Positions 29,588 through 38,528 of a stretch of DNA of 59,412 nucleotides are shown here, one piece after another. Numbering within the stretch: the stretch's first letter is position 1; each line of letters opens with the position of its first letter. The notes under the pieces were generated by a model that saw only the letters and a program-made list of their open reading frames with translations, was not told where the DNA came from and searched no databases. Source of the DNA: Oceanospirillaceae bacterium. GTDB taxonomy: Bacteria > Pseudomonadota > Gammaproteobacteria > Pseudomonadales > Balneatricaceae. The position numbers were made by a program, and so were the translations under genes. The stretch lies in the NCBI GenBank assembly GCA_023954795.1, contig JAGSHA010000001.1:1-59412 (forward strand), written 5' to 3'.

Positions 29588-30415
29588 ATGTTACGTTGGC
29601 TGCCACTTGTGGCTGTACTACTGATTTCATCTGTTCAGGCTCAAACTGATCGAAGAGGTTCGTCGGATGATCCGTCAGTTGAGCGTTTTCCGCGGTCCTA
29701 TATCGTTAACTATCGGCAAAGCAAAACACCTGAATATCGCCTCATTCTTGGGGGGCTACAAAAAGTTGACGGTGTGGTGCGTCCTGAGCGCGAGCAACGT
29801 GTCGCAGGGGATTTGACGCGTATAACCTATCGTATTCCTGATGGTCATACTTCGTCGGAACCTTATAGTTACCTTAGAGGGCAGCTCACGGCTAAAGGGG
29901 CAGAGGTCCTGTTTGAGTGTCAGGGGCGAGATTGTGGTAGCAGTAACTACTGGGCGAATTCCATATTTCGCTACTCTAAGCTTTATGGTGTAGATCCGAC
30001 GCAGCATTACCTCGTTGCTCAGTTGGGGCAGAGCTATTTCGTCATCTATACTGTCATTCGAGGCAACAAGCGGGTTTATGCGCATCTTGAAGTGCTCGAA
30101 GGACAGCAGGGAGACCTGACAGAGGCTTTAATTGGACAAGGTTATGTTCAGGTGCCGCCAAATGGGGAGCTACCCCAGTCTCTATTCGATTATCTGGAGC
30201 AAAATCCGCAATTAAAGATCTGGCTGGTTGGCTTTGACCGGAAAGAGGGCGACGTGGATGACATCATCGTGCGTTCTGAAGGTCAGGCGAGACAGTTAAA
30301 GCAAGTGCTACAACAGCAGGTGGATGCAGATCGTATCCGGATATTTGGTGTTGGGCCGCTAGCTCCACTCATGATGAAAGCAGGTGAAGCGGGGGTCTAT
30401 ATAATCCGCGAATAG
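29588..30415 (+). CDS. DUF4892 domain exported protein
   Basis: Signal peptide; RFPRSYI, LFECQGRDCGSSNYWAN, RGNKRVY, C-terminal GVGPLAP (degenerate OmpA-like). Confidence 0.8.
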   Translation: MLRWLPLVAVLLISSVQAQTDRRGSSDDPSVERFPRSYIVNYRQSKTPEYRLILGGLQKVDGVVRPEREQRVAGDLTRITYRIPDGHTSSEPYSYLRGQLTAKGAEVLFECQGRDCGSSNYWANSIFRYSKLYGVDPTQHYLVAQLGQSYFVIYTVIRGNKRVYAHLEVLEGQQGDLTEALIGQGYVQVPPNGELPQSLFDYLEQNPQLKIWLVGFDRKEGDVDDIIVRSEGQARQLKQVLQQQVDADRIRIFGVGPLAPLMMKAGEAGVYIIRE

Positions 30416-30424
30416 GAGGCAGGG

Positions 30425-31351
30425 ATGGCAACAGTCTCATTGGTTCTGGGTAGTGGTGGTGCAAGGGGATACGCGCACATTGGTGTCATCGAAGAGATAG
30501 AGCGTCGAGGCTACGATATTATTTGTATCGCTGGAAGCTCTATGGGGGCGTTGGTTGGCGGCGTGTATGCTGCAGGAGGTCTGGAGGCATACAAGGAATG
30601 GGTTGTCGGTCTGACCAAATTTGAGATCTTCAGGTTGCTTGATGTCACCCTTACGCGCGGTGCCATAAGAGGCGAGCGCCTGTTTCAGCGGCTTAATGAT
30701 ATGGTGGGTGATCCTGCCATTGAAGATCTGCCGCTAACTTATACTGCTGTCGCGACAGATATCGCGCGTCAAAAAGAGGTCTGGTTCCAGTCGGGCTCAC
30801 TGCAAACTGCGATGCGTGCCTCCATCTCGGTTCCCGGTTTCTTTACGCCCTACGTTCACGAAAATCGGGTATTGGTTGATGGTGGGGTGCTCAACCCTCT
30901 GCCGATTATTCCCACCGTTGCTGCGCATGCAGATCTGATTATCGCAGTGGATCTTAATGCCCGCGACCCCAAGCATGAAGCCTTGAATTTACCTGACAAC
31001 GCCTACTTAAACCGCAGCGGCGTCAGTGATAGCTGGCGTTTAGATTCGGTCTCGGCAGCTGGAAACACGAATGGAAACGGCAATGGGCATGCCAGCAATG
31101 ATGCAGAAGGTCGCAAGCGTGAACCTCCTCGGGTGGGTGGGCGAATTGATGTTCTGCTGGACTCGGTAGAAGTGATGCAGGGAAGTCTATCGCAATACAA
31201 GATTGCCGGTTATCCGCCCGATCTGGTGGTGCCCATTCCACATGATCTCTGTCATTTTTTTGAGTTTTATCGGGCGGAAGAGGTCATCGAGGTGGGACGT
31301 CAGATCACTCGAGAACGGTTGGAGGCGCTTGAGAAAGGTGCGCTGGTCTAA
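30425..31351 (+). CDS. Patatin-like phospholipase
   Basis: GSGGARGYAHIGV, GSSMG, RASISVP, DGG; low-complexity N/G insertion. Confidence 0.92.
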   Translation: MATVSLVLGSGGARGYAHIGVIEEIERRGYDIICIAGSSMGALVGGVYAAGGLEAYKEWVVGLTKFEIFRLLDVTLTRGAIRGERLFQRLNDMVGDPAIEDLPLTYTAVATDIARQKEVWFQSGSLQTAMRASISVPGFFTPYVHENRVLVDGGVLNPLPIIPTVAAHADLIIAVDLNARDPKHEALNLPDNAYLNRSGVSDSWRLDSVSAAGNTNGNGNGHASNDAEGRKREPPRVGGRIDVLLDSVEVMQGSLSQYKIAGYPPDLVVPIPHDLCHFFEFYRAEEVIEVGRQITRERLEALEKGALV

Positions 31352-31355
31352 TTTG

Positions 31356-31916
31356 TCAGCGGTTATCTCGTTTAAGCAGTATGTACAGTGCACCTGTGCC
31401 GCCATCCCTGTCTTGTGCTGACGTGAATGCCAGTACGCCCGGCATTCTGCGTAACCATTCGTTAACATAAGATTTCATCAATGGTTGTTTGCCTGACTGG
31501 CTGTACGCTTTGCCGTGCACGACAATCACTGCGCGCATTTTTCGATTTAGGGCCATGCGAATAAAACGGCTCAATTCGTCACGTGCATCATCAATGGTGT
31601 AACCGTGCAGATCAAGCCCTTCTTCCCAGGGAATATGTCCTTGCTTCAGGCGCTTCAGTACGCGAAGTTGAACACCGGGTGCGGCGAAGATCAGCTCCTC
31701 ATTGGACTCGACCAGATCTACGGCTTCGCTTGATAGGTTGTCGATTACTTTTTCTTCTTCAATCAAAGCCGCAGCGCGTTTCGCGTCGAGATTGATATCT
31801 TTGCGTCGCGTCGGTTTCAGATCGGCACGATCGTGAGAGTGTCGTTTGACTCCCTGCATAGCATCAGCAAAGGACAGCTCCTCATCGGAGCTGTCAGGTT
31901 TGGCGCGGTCTGACAT
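31356..31916 (-). CDS. Smr domain endonuclease
   Basis: LDLHG, VHGKA, KSYVNEWL, GGTGALYILL; divergent from prmB. Confidence 0.9.
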   Translation of the reverse strand: MSDRAKPDSSDEELSFADAMQGVKRHSHDRADLKPTRRKDINLDAKRAAALIEEEKVIDNLSSEAVDLVESNEELIFAAPGVQLRVLKRLKQGHIPWEEGLDLHGYTIDDARDELSRFIRMALNRKMRAVIVVHGKAYSQSGKQPLMKSYVNEWLRRMPGVLAFTSAQDRDGGTGALYILLKRDNR

Positions 31917-32016
31917 GGCTTTTCAACCTAAATTTCATTAACATAGCGGCCCTTCTACGGAGTCTGTCGTACATACTCCCTGTGACCCTTAACGGGGCGA
32001 TATTATCCGGTGAGTA

Positions 32017-32934
32017 ATGATGAACGATCAAGACCCGATTAAAAATGAACTGCATACTTTGCGTGATTATATACGTTGGTGCATGAGTGCGTTTGGTGAA
32101 CACGACGTGTTTTTCGGCCATGGCACTGACAACGCATGGGATGAGGCGGTGCAGTTGGTATTGGGTGCCGTGCATCTGCCGTGGGATGCGGACAAGGCGG
32201 TGTTGGATGGTCGTCTTACCTCCCAAGAGAAAGATAAGATTCTGGCGTTCATTGAAAAACGGGTACATGAACGCGTGCCATTGCCCTATCTGACGAATGA
32301 AGCATGGTTTTCAGGCATGCCATTTTATGTCGATGAACGCGTGATTGTTCCGCGCTCACCTATTGCTGAGCTAATTGATGCACAATTCGCCCCGTTTCTG
32401 AGGGAAGGGCCGGTAAATCGCATTTTGGATCTGTGTACGGGAAGTGGCTGTATCGGCATTGCTTGTGCGTATGCATTCCCGGAATCCGATGTGGATCTGG
32501 TGGATCTGTCCGATGATGCGCTAGATGTAGCCAGTATCAATGTAGCGCGGCACGAACTGGAGCAGCGGGTGATTCCTCGCCAAAGTGATCTGTTTAATGC
32601 GCTGAAAGGCGAGCGTTATGATCTGATCGTATCCAATCCACCGTATGTGAATGCTGAGGATCTGGCGTCGATGCCGGATGAATACGCTCATGAGCCTGAG
32701 TTGGCGTTGGGTTCCGGTGATGATGGTCTGGATATCACTAAGCGTATCTTGCGTGAAGCCAACGACTACCTGACTGATGATGGATTGCTTGTTGTTGAAG
32801 TGGGTAATAGCGAAGTGCATCTGATGGAGCAATATCCTCAATTGCCGCTGATCTGGCTGGAGTTGGAGCAGGGTGGAAATGGTGTGTTCGCCATTAGTGC
32901 GGCTGATCTGAAAGCGCACCGGGAAGAAATTTAA
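32017..32934 (+). CDS. prmB: Ribosomal protein L3 glutamine methyltransferase
   Basis: FFGHGTDNAWDEA, VDERVIVPRSPIAELI, DLCTGSGCI, NPPY, HEPELAL. Confidence 0.96.
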   Translation: MMNDQDPIKNELHTLRDYIRWCMSAFGEHDVFFGHGTDNAWDEAVQLVLGAVHLPWDADKAVLDGRLTSQEKDKILAFIEKRVHERVPLPYLTNEAWFSGMPFYVDERVIVPRSPIAELIDAQFAPFLREGPVNRILDLCTGSGCIGIACAYAFPESDVDLVDLSDDALDVASINVARHELEQRVIPRQSDLFNALKGERYDLIVSNPPYVNAEDLASMPDEYAHEPELALGSGDDGLDITKRILREANDYLTDDGLLVVEVGNSEVHLMEQYPQLPLIWLELEQGGNGVFAISAADLKAHREEI

Positions 32935-33009
32935 GCGAGGCGGTATACTTAGGCCTCTGTTAGCTGGCGTGAAAACGCTGGACGATGTTTATAAAAGTGG
33001 ATTGAAACT

Positions 33010-34101
33010 ATGTCAGGAAATAGCTTCGGAAAACTCTTTACTGTGACGACCTTTGGTGAGAGTCACGGCCCAGCGCTGGGTTGTATTGTTGATGGTTGCC
33101 CTCCTGGTATTGAGCTGAGCGCAGAAGATCTTCAGATTGATCTGGATCGCCGTAAGCCGGGAACGTCTCGTCACACGACTCAGCGTCGTGAGGATGATGT
33201 AGTCGAGATTCTGTCGGGTGTATTTGAAGGTAAGACAACAGGTACGCCGATTGGTCTGGTGATCAAAAACACCGACCAGCGGTCGAAAGATTACTCTAAC
33301 ATTGCTGAGACGTTCCGACCGGCTCATGCTGATTATGTCTACTCTCACAAATATGGTTTCCGCGATTACCGCGGTGGTGGTCGTTCTTCTGCACGTGAGA
33401 CTGCGATGCGCGTTGCTGCCGGTGCAGTAGCGAAGAAGTTTCTGGCATCTAAAGGGGTTGAGGTTCGAGGGTATCTATCTCAGTTGGGTCCAATCGCGAT
33501 TGATATGGAAAACTTCGACTGGAATGAAGTAGGTAACAATCCCTTCTTTTCGCCTGATGCTAAAAAAGCAGAAGAGATGGCACAGTATATGGATGAGCTG
33601 CGTAAAGAGGGTAACTCTGTTGGGGCAAAGATTTCTGTTGTCGCCAGTGGTGCGCCTGTTGGATTGGGTGAGCCTATCTTCGACCGGTTGGATGCCGAGC
33701 TGGCACATGCGCTGATGAGTATCAACGCGGTTAAAGGTATTGAGATCGGCGACGGCTTTGCATCGGTAGCGCAAAAAGGTACTGAGCACCGTGATGAGAT
33801 GACCCCGGAAGGTTTCCTGTCCAATCATGCGGGTGGTATTTTGGGCGGTATCTCCACCGGTCAGGATATCATTGCTCATATTGCGTTGAAGCCAACCTCC
33901 AGCTTACGCTTGCCGGGTCGCAGTATTAACGACCGCGGTGAAGAGATCGAGGTTGTGACTAAAGGTCGTCATGACCCTTGTGTCGGTATTCGTGCAACGC
34001 CTATAGCAGAGGCGATGATGGCGATTGTGTTGATGGACCACTTCCTGCGCAATCGCGGGCAGAACGCAGATGTGACATCTGATTTGCCGGTGATTAAGTA
34101 A
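33010..34101 (+). CDS. aroC: Chorismate synthase
   Basis: [41 protein letters not shown]. Confidence 0.98.
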   Translation: MSGNSFGKLFTVTTFGESHGPALGCIVDGCPPGIELSAEDLQIDLDRRKPGTSRHTTQRREDDVVEILSGVFEGKTTGTPIGLVIKNTDQRSKDYSNIAETFRPAHADYVYSHKYGFRDYRGGGRSSARETAMRVAAGAVAKKFLASKGVEVRGYLSQLGPIAIDMENFDWNEVGNNPFFSPDAKKAEEMAQYMDELRKEGNSVGAKISVVASGAPVGLGEPIFDRLDAELAHALMSINAVKGIEIGDGFASVAQKGTEHRDEMTPEGFLSNHAGGILGGISTGQDIIAHIALKPTSSLRLPGRSINDRGEEIEVVTKGRHDPCVGIRATPIAEAMMAIVLMDHFLRNRGQNADVTSDLPVIK

Positions 34102-34149
34102 TCTTTGGATTACCACTGGTTCGGCTGTAGTTTCAAATTACAGTTTTTG

Positions 34150-34230
34150 ATATGCCCGGCATTGCAACCGGGCATATTGCGTATGGATAGTAATAAGGTG
34201 GGCTGCTTTTGCAGCCTTAACGCTTTTTTT
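34150..34230 (+). terminator. Tandem hairpins after aroC
   Basis: ATATGCCCGG...CCGGGCATAT, then GGCTGC-TTTT-GCAGCC followed by a T-run. Confidence 0.55.
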
Positions 34231-34276
34231 GTGCGGCTGATATTCAGCTTGTGCACGAAGATGGTGAATATAAAAG

Positions 34277-35131
34277 ATGACAACTTTGTACACTGAAAAA
34301 TTATACGATGGTTACGGCCAGAGCTTCGAGATTGATGAAGTGCTGTTTGAGCAGCAAACAGATTCATGGCATCTGATTATCTTCCGTAACCGCTTTTTCG
34401 GTACTGTGATGGCGTTGGATGGAATCATCCAGACGACAGAGAAGGATGAGTTCGTATATCACGAGATGCTGACGCACGTGCCACTATTTGCACACGGCGA
34501 TGCTAAAAAAGTGCTGATTATCGGCGGTGGTGATGGTGGTATTCTGCGTGAGGTGCTTAAGCATCCTGAAGTAGAGCAGGTGACGCAGGTTGAGATTGAC
34601 CAGGCGGTTATCGATATGTGCAAAGAATACCTGCCGGGTCATTCTGCGGGTGCGTTTGACGATCCACGTGCAAAAATTGTGATTGCTGATGGTATGGACT
34701 TTGTTCAGCAGGATGGTGAGAAATACGATGTCATCATCTCTGACTGTACTGATCCAGTGGGTCCGGGTGAAGTGCTGTTCTCCAGTGATTTTTATCAGGG
34801 ATGTAAAAAGCATCTGAACGAAGGGGGCATCTTTGTGGCGCAAAATGGCGTCGCCTATATGCAGGTTGATGAAGTGGTTACAACCCGTCGTCGTTTGAGT
34901 CCGTACTTTGCTGATCAGACCTTCTATGCAGCTGCTGTACCGACCTATGTGGGCGGTGTTATGACGCTGGCTTGGGGGGCTGATGACAGTCGCTTGCGTC
35001 AGCAGCCGCTGGAATTGCTGCAGGAGCGTTTTACTGCAAGTGGTATGAAAACCCGCTACTACAATCCAGCGGTGCATGCAGGCGCGTTTGCCTTGCCGCA
35101 GTTCGTATTGGATGCGCTGAGCGAGGCCTGA
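34277..35131 (+). CDS. speE: Polyamine aminopropyltransferase (spermidine synthase)
   Basis: [51 protein letters not shown]. Confidence 0.96.
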   Translation: MTTLYTEKLYDGYGQSFEIDEVLFEQQTDSWHLIIFRNRFFGTVMALDGIIQTTEKDEFVYHEMLTHVPLFAHGDAKKVLIIGGGDGGILREVLKHPEVEQVTQVEIDQAVIDMCKEYLPGHSAGAFDDPRAKIVIADGMDFVQQDGEKYDVIISDCTDPVGPGEVLFSSDFYQGCKKHLNEGGIFVAQNGVAYMQVDEVVTTRRRLSPYFADQTFYAAAVPTYVGGVMTLAWGADDSRLRQQPLELLQERFTASGMKTRYYNPAVHAGAFALPQFVLDALSEA

Positions 35132-35153
35132 TCCGGCCAGTTTTGGTGTTTTG

Positions 35154-35179
35154 AAAAGCCGGCGAAAGCCGGTTTTTTT
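35154..35179 (+). terminator. Intrinsic terminator after speE
   Basis: AAAAGCCGGC-GAAA-GCCGGTTTTTTT. Confidence 0.85.
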
Positions 35180-35224
35180 GTTTTGCTATTTTCTATTGTG
35201 TCGCCTCTATCCAGATGGAGCTTT

Positions 35225-36388
35225 ATGGTTAGTTTGCCTTACGCCCAATTATCCGGATTCTATTTTTTCTATTTCGCATTGCTGGGTGCGTTGGTCCCGT
35301 ATTGGAGTCTGTATCTCAAATCTTACGGGTTCGGTGCAGAGACCATCGGATTGCTGATGGCGTTGTTGCACGCTACACGTATCGTTGCGCCCAATATATG
35401 GGGATGGCTGGCAGATAAAACCGGGCAGCGGTTGCGTATTGTGCAGGCAGGATCGTTTGTTACTTGCGTGATTTTTGTTGCTATTTTCTGGCAGGACGAT
35501 GCCTTGGGAATTGCGATGGTGATGCTTGGATTCAGTTTTTTCTGGAATGCAGTGCTACCGCAATTCGAAGTCATCACGTTGTCTCATCTGGGTGAGAAGC
35601 GTGACCGCTACAGTCGTATCCGGCTCTGGGGGTCGATTGGGTTTATTGTTGCGGTGCTGGCCGTGGGTTGGGTGTTTGATTGGATCAGCGTGCGTGCGCT
35701 ACCGATAATCATGCTGGTTATCATGGTGCTGATTTGGATAAATTCATTGTTTGTACCAGCACCAGCAGCGCTTCCTGCGAGTAAAGAAGTGGGTGATGGG
35801 TTTTTGAAGCTGCTGTTGCGTCCGCAGGTGATTGCGTTTTTTGTTATCTGCTTTCTCGTGCAATTTAGTCATGGTGCCTACTACACCTTTTACAGCGTAC
35901 TGATGGAAAGCGTCGGTTTTAGTCGCGGTGAAATTGGTGTGCTATGGGCCATTGGGGTTGTCGCAGAGGTGGTCATTTTTATTTATATGCATACCCTGAT
36001 ACAGCGCTTTGGCCTGAGATGGATCATGATCGTCAGTCTGGTGCTGTGTGTTGTGCGCTGGCTGATGATCGGCTTGTGGCCGGAAGAGTTGGTGCTGATG
36101 GTGGTTGCACAAACGCTGCATGCTGCAACCTTTGGTACGCTTCATGCCGTTGGTATTGCACTTGTGCATCATTACTTCACAGATAAAACTCACGGTCAGG
36201 GGCAGGCGCTTTTTTCGAGTTTTGGGTTTGGGGCAGGCGGCGCGTTAGGCGCGGTTGTCAGTGGTTATCTGTGGGATGGACTGGGTGGGAGTTGGACATT
36301 CTATGTTTCAGCGGCTGTTGTTGCTGTCGCTATTGTGTTGGCTCTGGTCTGGATCAGGCCGGAAAAAGTGCAGCAAAATCCCGTTTAA
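35225..36388 (+). CDS. MFS transporter (HcaT/nucleoside:H+ symporter-like)
   Basis: YFFYFALLG..PYW, WGWLAD, YSRIRLWGSIGFI, SHGAYYTFYS, GVVAEV, LHAATFG; GGAG SD before ATG 35225. Confidence 0.9.
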   Translation: MVSLPYAQLSGFYFFYFALLGALVPYWSLYLKSYGFGAETIGLLMALLHATRIVAPNIWGWLADKTGQRLRIVQAGSFVTCVIFVAIFWQDDALGIAMVMLGFSFFWNAVLPQFEVITLSHLGEKRDRYSRIRLWGSIGFIVAVLAVGWVFDWISVRALPIIMLVIMVLIWINSLFVPAPAALPASKEVGDGFLKLLLRPQVIAFFVICFLVQFSHGAYYTFYSVLMESVGFSRGEIGVLWAIGVVAEVVIFIYMHTLIQRFGLRWIMIVSLVLCVVRWLMIGLWPEELVLMVVAQTLHAATFGTLHAVGIALVHHYFTDKTHGQGQALFSSFGFGAGGALGAVVSGYLWDGLGGSWTFYVSAAVVAVAIVLALVWIRPEKVQQNPV

Positions 36389-36393
36389 AGTTG

Positions 36394-36405
36394 TTTTGCA
36401 GTGCA
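36394..36405. promoter_or_regulatory. Candidate PhaR box next to a -10-like element of the DUF6489-phaR operon
   Basis: Minus strand reads TGCACTGCAAAA (11/12 to TGCRNYGCASMA); TATAGT at 36411-36416. Confidence 0.5.
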
Positions 36406-36457
36406 GTTTGTATAGTATTAGAGAAGATAACAAATAAAGTAGCATCAAGGAGTCGGG

Positions 36458-36712
36458 ATGAAATTCAAGATAGATATCGAGATGAAACCCGAAGAGCTGC
36501 GCAAGGTTCTCGGGCTGCCAGATGTTGAAGGATTTCATGAGGATATGATGAATCGGATTCGCGAGCAGATGGACGCTGGCGTAGAAGGTTATGATCCTCT
36601 AACACTGTTCAAGCCGTATCTGAGTAGTGGGCTTGGCTCCATGGACGCGCTGCAAAAAATAATGCTGAGCATGATGACTAACCCCTATGGCGGGGGTAAG
36701 AGTTCCGAATAG
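36458..36712 (+). CDS. DUF6489 family small protein
   Basis: AAGGAG SD; MKFKIDIEMKPEELRKVLGLPDV matches the DUF6489 pattern (I.I...PEE.R..LGLPDV). Confidence 0.8.
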   Translation: MKFKIDIEMKPEELRKVLGLPDVEGFHEDMMNRIREQMDAGVEGYDPLTLFKPYLSSGLGSMDALQKIMLSMMTNPYGGGKSSE

Positions 36713-36759
36713 TCGTATGTATCAGGGATTGGGTGGTCTTCGGAAGAGAGAGAACTGCT

Positions 36760-37236
36760 TTGCGTATTTTAAGAAAGTACACTAACCGTCGTCTATATGA
36801 CACTTCACGCAGCTGTTATGTCACATTGGAAGATGTTAAAGCACTGGTTTTGAGCGGTGAGGCATTTCAGGTGCAGGATTCAAAAACCGGTGCTGACCTG
36901 ACGCGTAATATTTTGCTACAGATCATTAGTGAGCAGGAAGCTCAGGGACATGGAACCTTGCTGACTAATCAGGTGCTGCAGCAGCTGATCCGTTTTTACG
37001 GGGACAGTATGCAGGGTATGATGAGCCAGTATCTGGAGCAGAGTATCGCTGCTTTTTTAGAGCATCAGGAGCGCATTCGCGAGCAGATGCAGACGATGAT
37101 GGGAGCGGCGAACCCGCTGACCGTGATGAACCGCATCGCTGACCAGAACATGGCGATGTGGGGTGGAATGTTTACTCCTGAAAAAGGTGAGGAGCCGCAC
37201 GTTGCTCCCGAGCCTGAGAAAGAGCAGGACAAGTAA
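36760..37236 (+). CDS. phaR: PHA synthesis repressor PhaR
   Basis: RKYTNRRLYDTSRSCYVTL, DSKTGADLTR..LLQII.EQE, LIRFYGDSMQG..YLEQS; TTG start at 36760. Confidence 0.93.
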   Translation: MRILRKYTNRRLYDTSRSCYVTLEDVKALVLSGEAFQVQDSKTGADLTRNILLQIISEQEAQGHGTLLTNQVLQQLIRFYGDSMQGMMSQYLEQSIAAFLEHQERIREQMQTMMGAANPLTVMNRIADQNMAMWGGMFTPEKGEEPHVAPEPEKEQDK

Positions 37237-37242
37237 CTGCTC

Positions 37243-37269
37243 CATTGTGCCTGAGTTCTCAGGGCAATG
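37243..37269. terminator. Hairpin after phaR
   Basis: CATTGTGCCTGAG-TT-CTCAGGGCAATG; no clear U-tract. Confidence 0.45.
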
Positions 37270-37432
37270 AATCAATGAATACGCGTTCGATTGCATAGCG
37301 GCAGTCGGATGCGTACCTTTCTTTATGATTTTCCATTGTGTTACATCTGACTCTTATTGTGCAGCTTAAGCGCAGTGCCAACCTGTTGCGAGTCGAATAC
37401 CTTAGGGTATGAGGAGCGTTGAGAAGGGTTAA

Positions 37433-37454
37433 GCACCTGCCGGCGAACAGGTGC
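37433..37454 (-). terminator. Hairpin after class III phaC
   Basis: GCACCTG...CAGGTGC, 6 bp past the stop. Confidence 0.5.
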
Positions 37455-37460
37455 GATTGA

Positions 37461-38525
37461 TCAGTCGTGAGCGGTTAGCCAATTTACAATTTTGGGAGCG
37501 ACCAGGGTCTGTGCTTTGCCAGATACAAAGACGCCGATATGTCCGCCGTGAACCTTCATCTCTTCGTAGTCAGAACTGCTGACATGGTTGGCCAGAGCTA
37601 CTGAGGCCGCGGGCGGGACGAGGTGGTCAAAGCTGCCGTAGATATTCAGAACAGGCTGCGAGATGTTCGATAGGTCTACCTGATTGTCGCCAATCATCGC
37701 TTCGCCTTTGATTAGCTTGTTGTCATGGAAGAACTGCTTGATGAACTGTCTGAACGCTTCCCCGGCCTGATCAGGGCTGTCGTAGATCCATTTTTCCATG
37801 CGTAAAAAGCTCAAAGCGCTTTCTTCGTTTTCAAGCTGGTTTGGCATCCCAAGGTTTTTCTGAATGCCTAAACGCATGGGCATGAGTGAGTTGTAGGAGT
37901 CGTTGAGCATGCTTCCCGGGATGTTGCCGTAGGTGTCGACCGCAAGATCAGCATCCACTGAGCGTGCCAGGTGGGCCAGTAGGTTGTCTGGCGTATGGAA
38001 GTCGACCGGCGTCACCATGGTGATGAGGTTTTTGATCTTCTGCGGGTTCATTGCGGTATAGCACAGGCTGAATGTCCCACCCTGACAGATTCCCAGCAAG
38101 TTGATCTGATCTTTGCCGCTCCGTTCGCGTACGTGATCTACGCAGTTGTTCAGGTATTCGTTAATGTAGTCATCGAGATCAAGATAGCGATCTGCAGCAT
38201 CCGGGTAACCCCAGTCGATGACATAAACTTCCTGACCTTGTTCCAGCAGGCGCAATAGAATTGAGCGTTCGGGCTCTAGGTCAATCATATATGGGCGATT
38301 CACCAGCGCGTAACAGATAAGTACGGGTGTGGTGTTAGCCGGTTTGCCAATGGGCGCATAACGATGGAGGCGTAACTTGTCTTCCCGATACACTTCCTCC
38401 TTAGGCGTTTGGCCAACATCGACCTCTTTCAGCTTCTGGAGTGTGTTGTAGCTTTTCAGAAGCTTGCGGTTGAAGTCGAATAACTCTTCGGCAACCTTTG
38501 CGGGCTTAAGGTGTATTGAGTCCAT
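37461..38525 (-). CDS. phaC: Class III PHA synthase catalytic subunit
   Basis: 354 aa; YALVNRPYMIDL, DWGYP, GICQGG lipase box, RMEKWIYDSPDQAGE, DHLVPP, GGHIG. Confidence 0.96.
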   Translation of the reverse strand: MDSIHLKPAKVAEELFDFNRKLLKSYNTLQKLKEVDVGQTPKEEVYREDKLRLHRYAPIGKPANTTPVLICYALVNRPYMIDLEPERSILLRLLEQGQEVYVIDWGYPDAADRYLDLDDYINEYLNNCVDHVRERSGKDQINLLGICQGGTFSLCYTAMNPQKIKNLITMVTPVDFHTPDNLLAHLARSVDADLAVDTYGNIPGSMLNDSYNSLMPMRLGIQKNLGMPNQLENEESALSFLRMEKWIYDSPDQAGEAFRQFIKQFFHDNKLIKGEAMIGDNQVDLSNISQPVLNIYGSFDHLVPPAASVALANHVSSSDYEEMKVHGGHIGVFVSGKAQTLVAPKIVNWLTAHD

Positions 38526-38528
38526 CGT

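Noticed and set aside
28686-31351. Alpha/beta hydrolase and patatin as PHA depolymerases
   Set aside because: They sit in a generic gpsA-sixA-hydrolase-DUF4892 block with no PhaR-like box or depolymerase-specific motif.
37254-37260. AGTTCTC in the phaR 3' hairpin, complementary to the shared phaR/phaE ribosome-binding motif
   Set aside because: Only 7 nt and mostly buried in the stem; likely chance.
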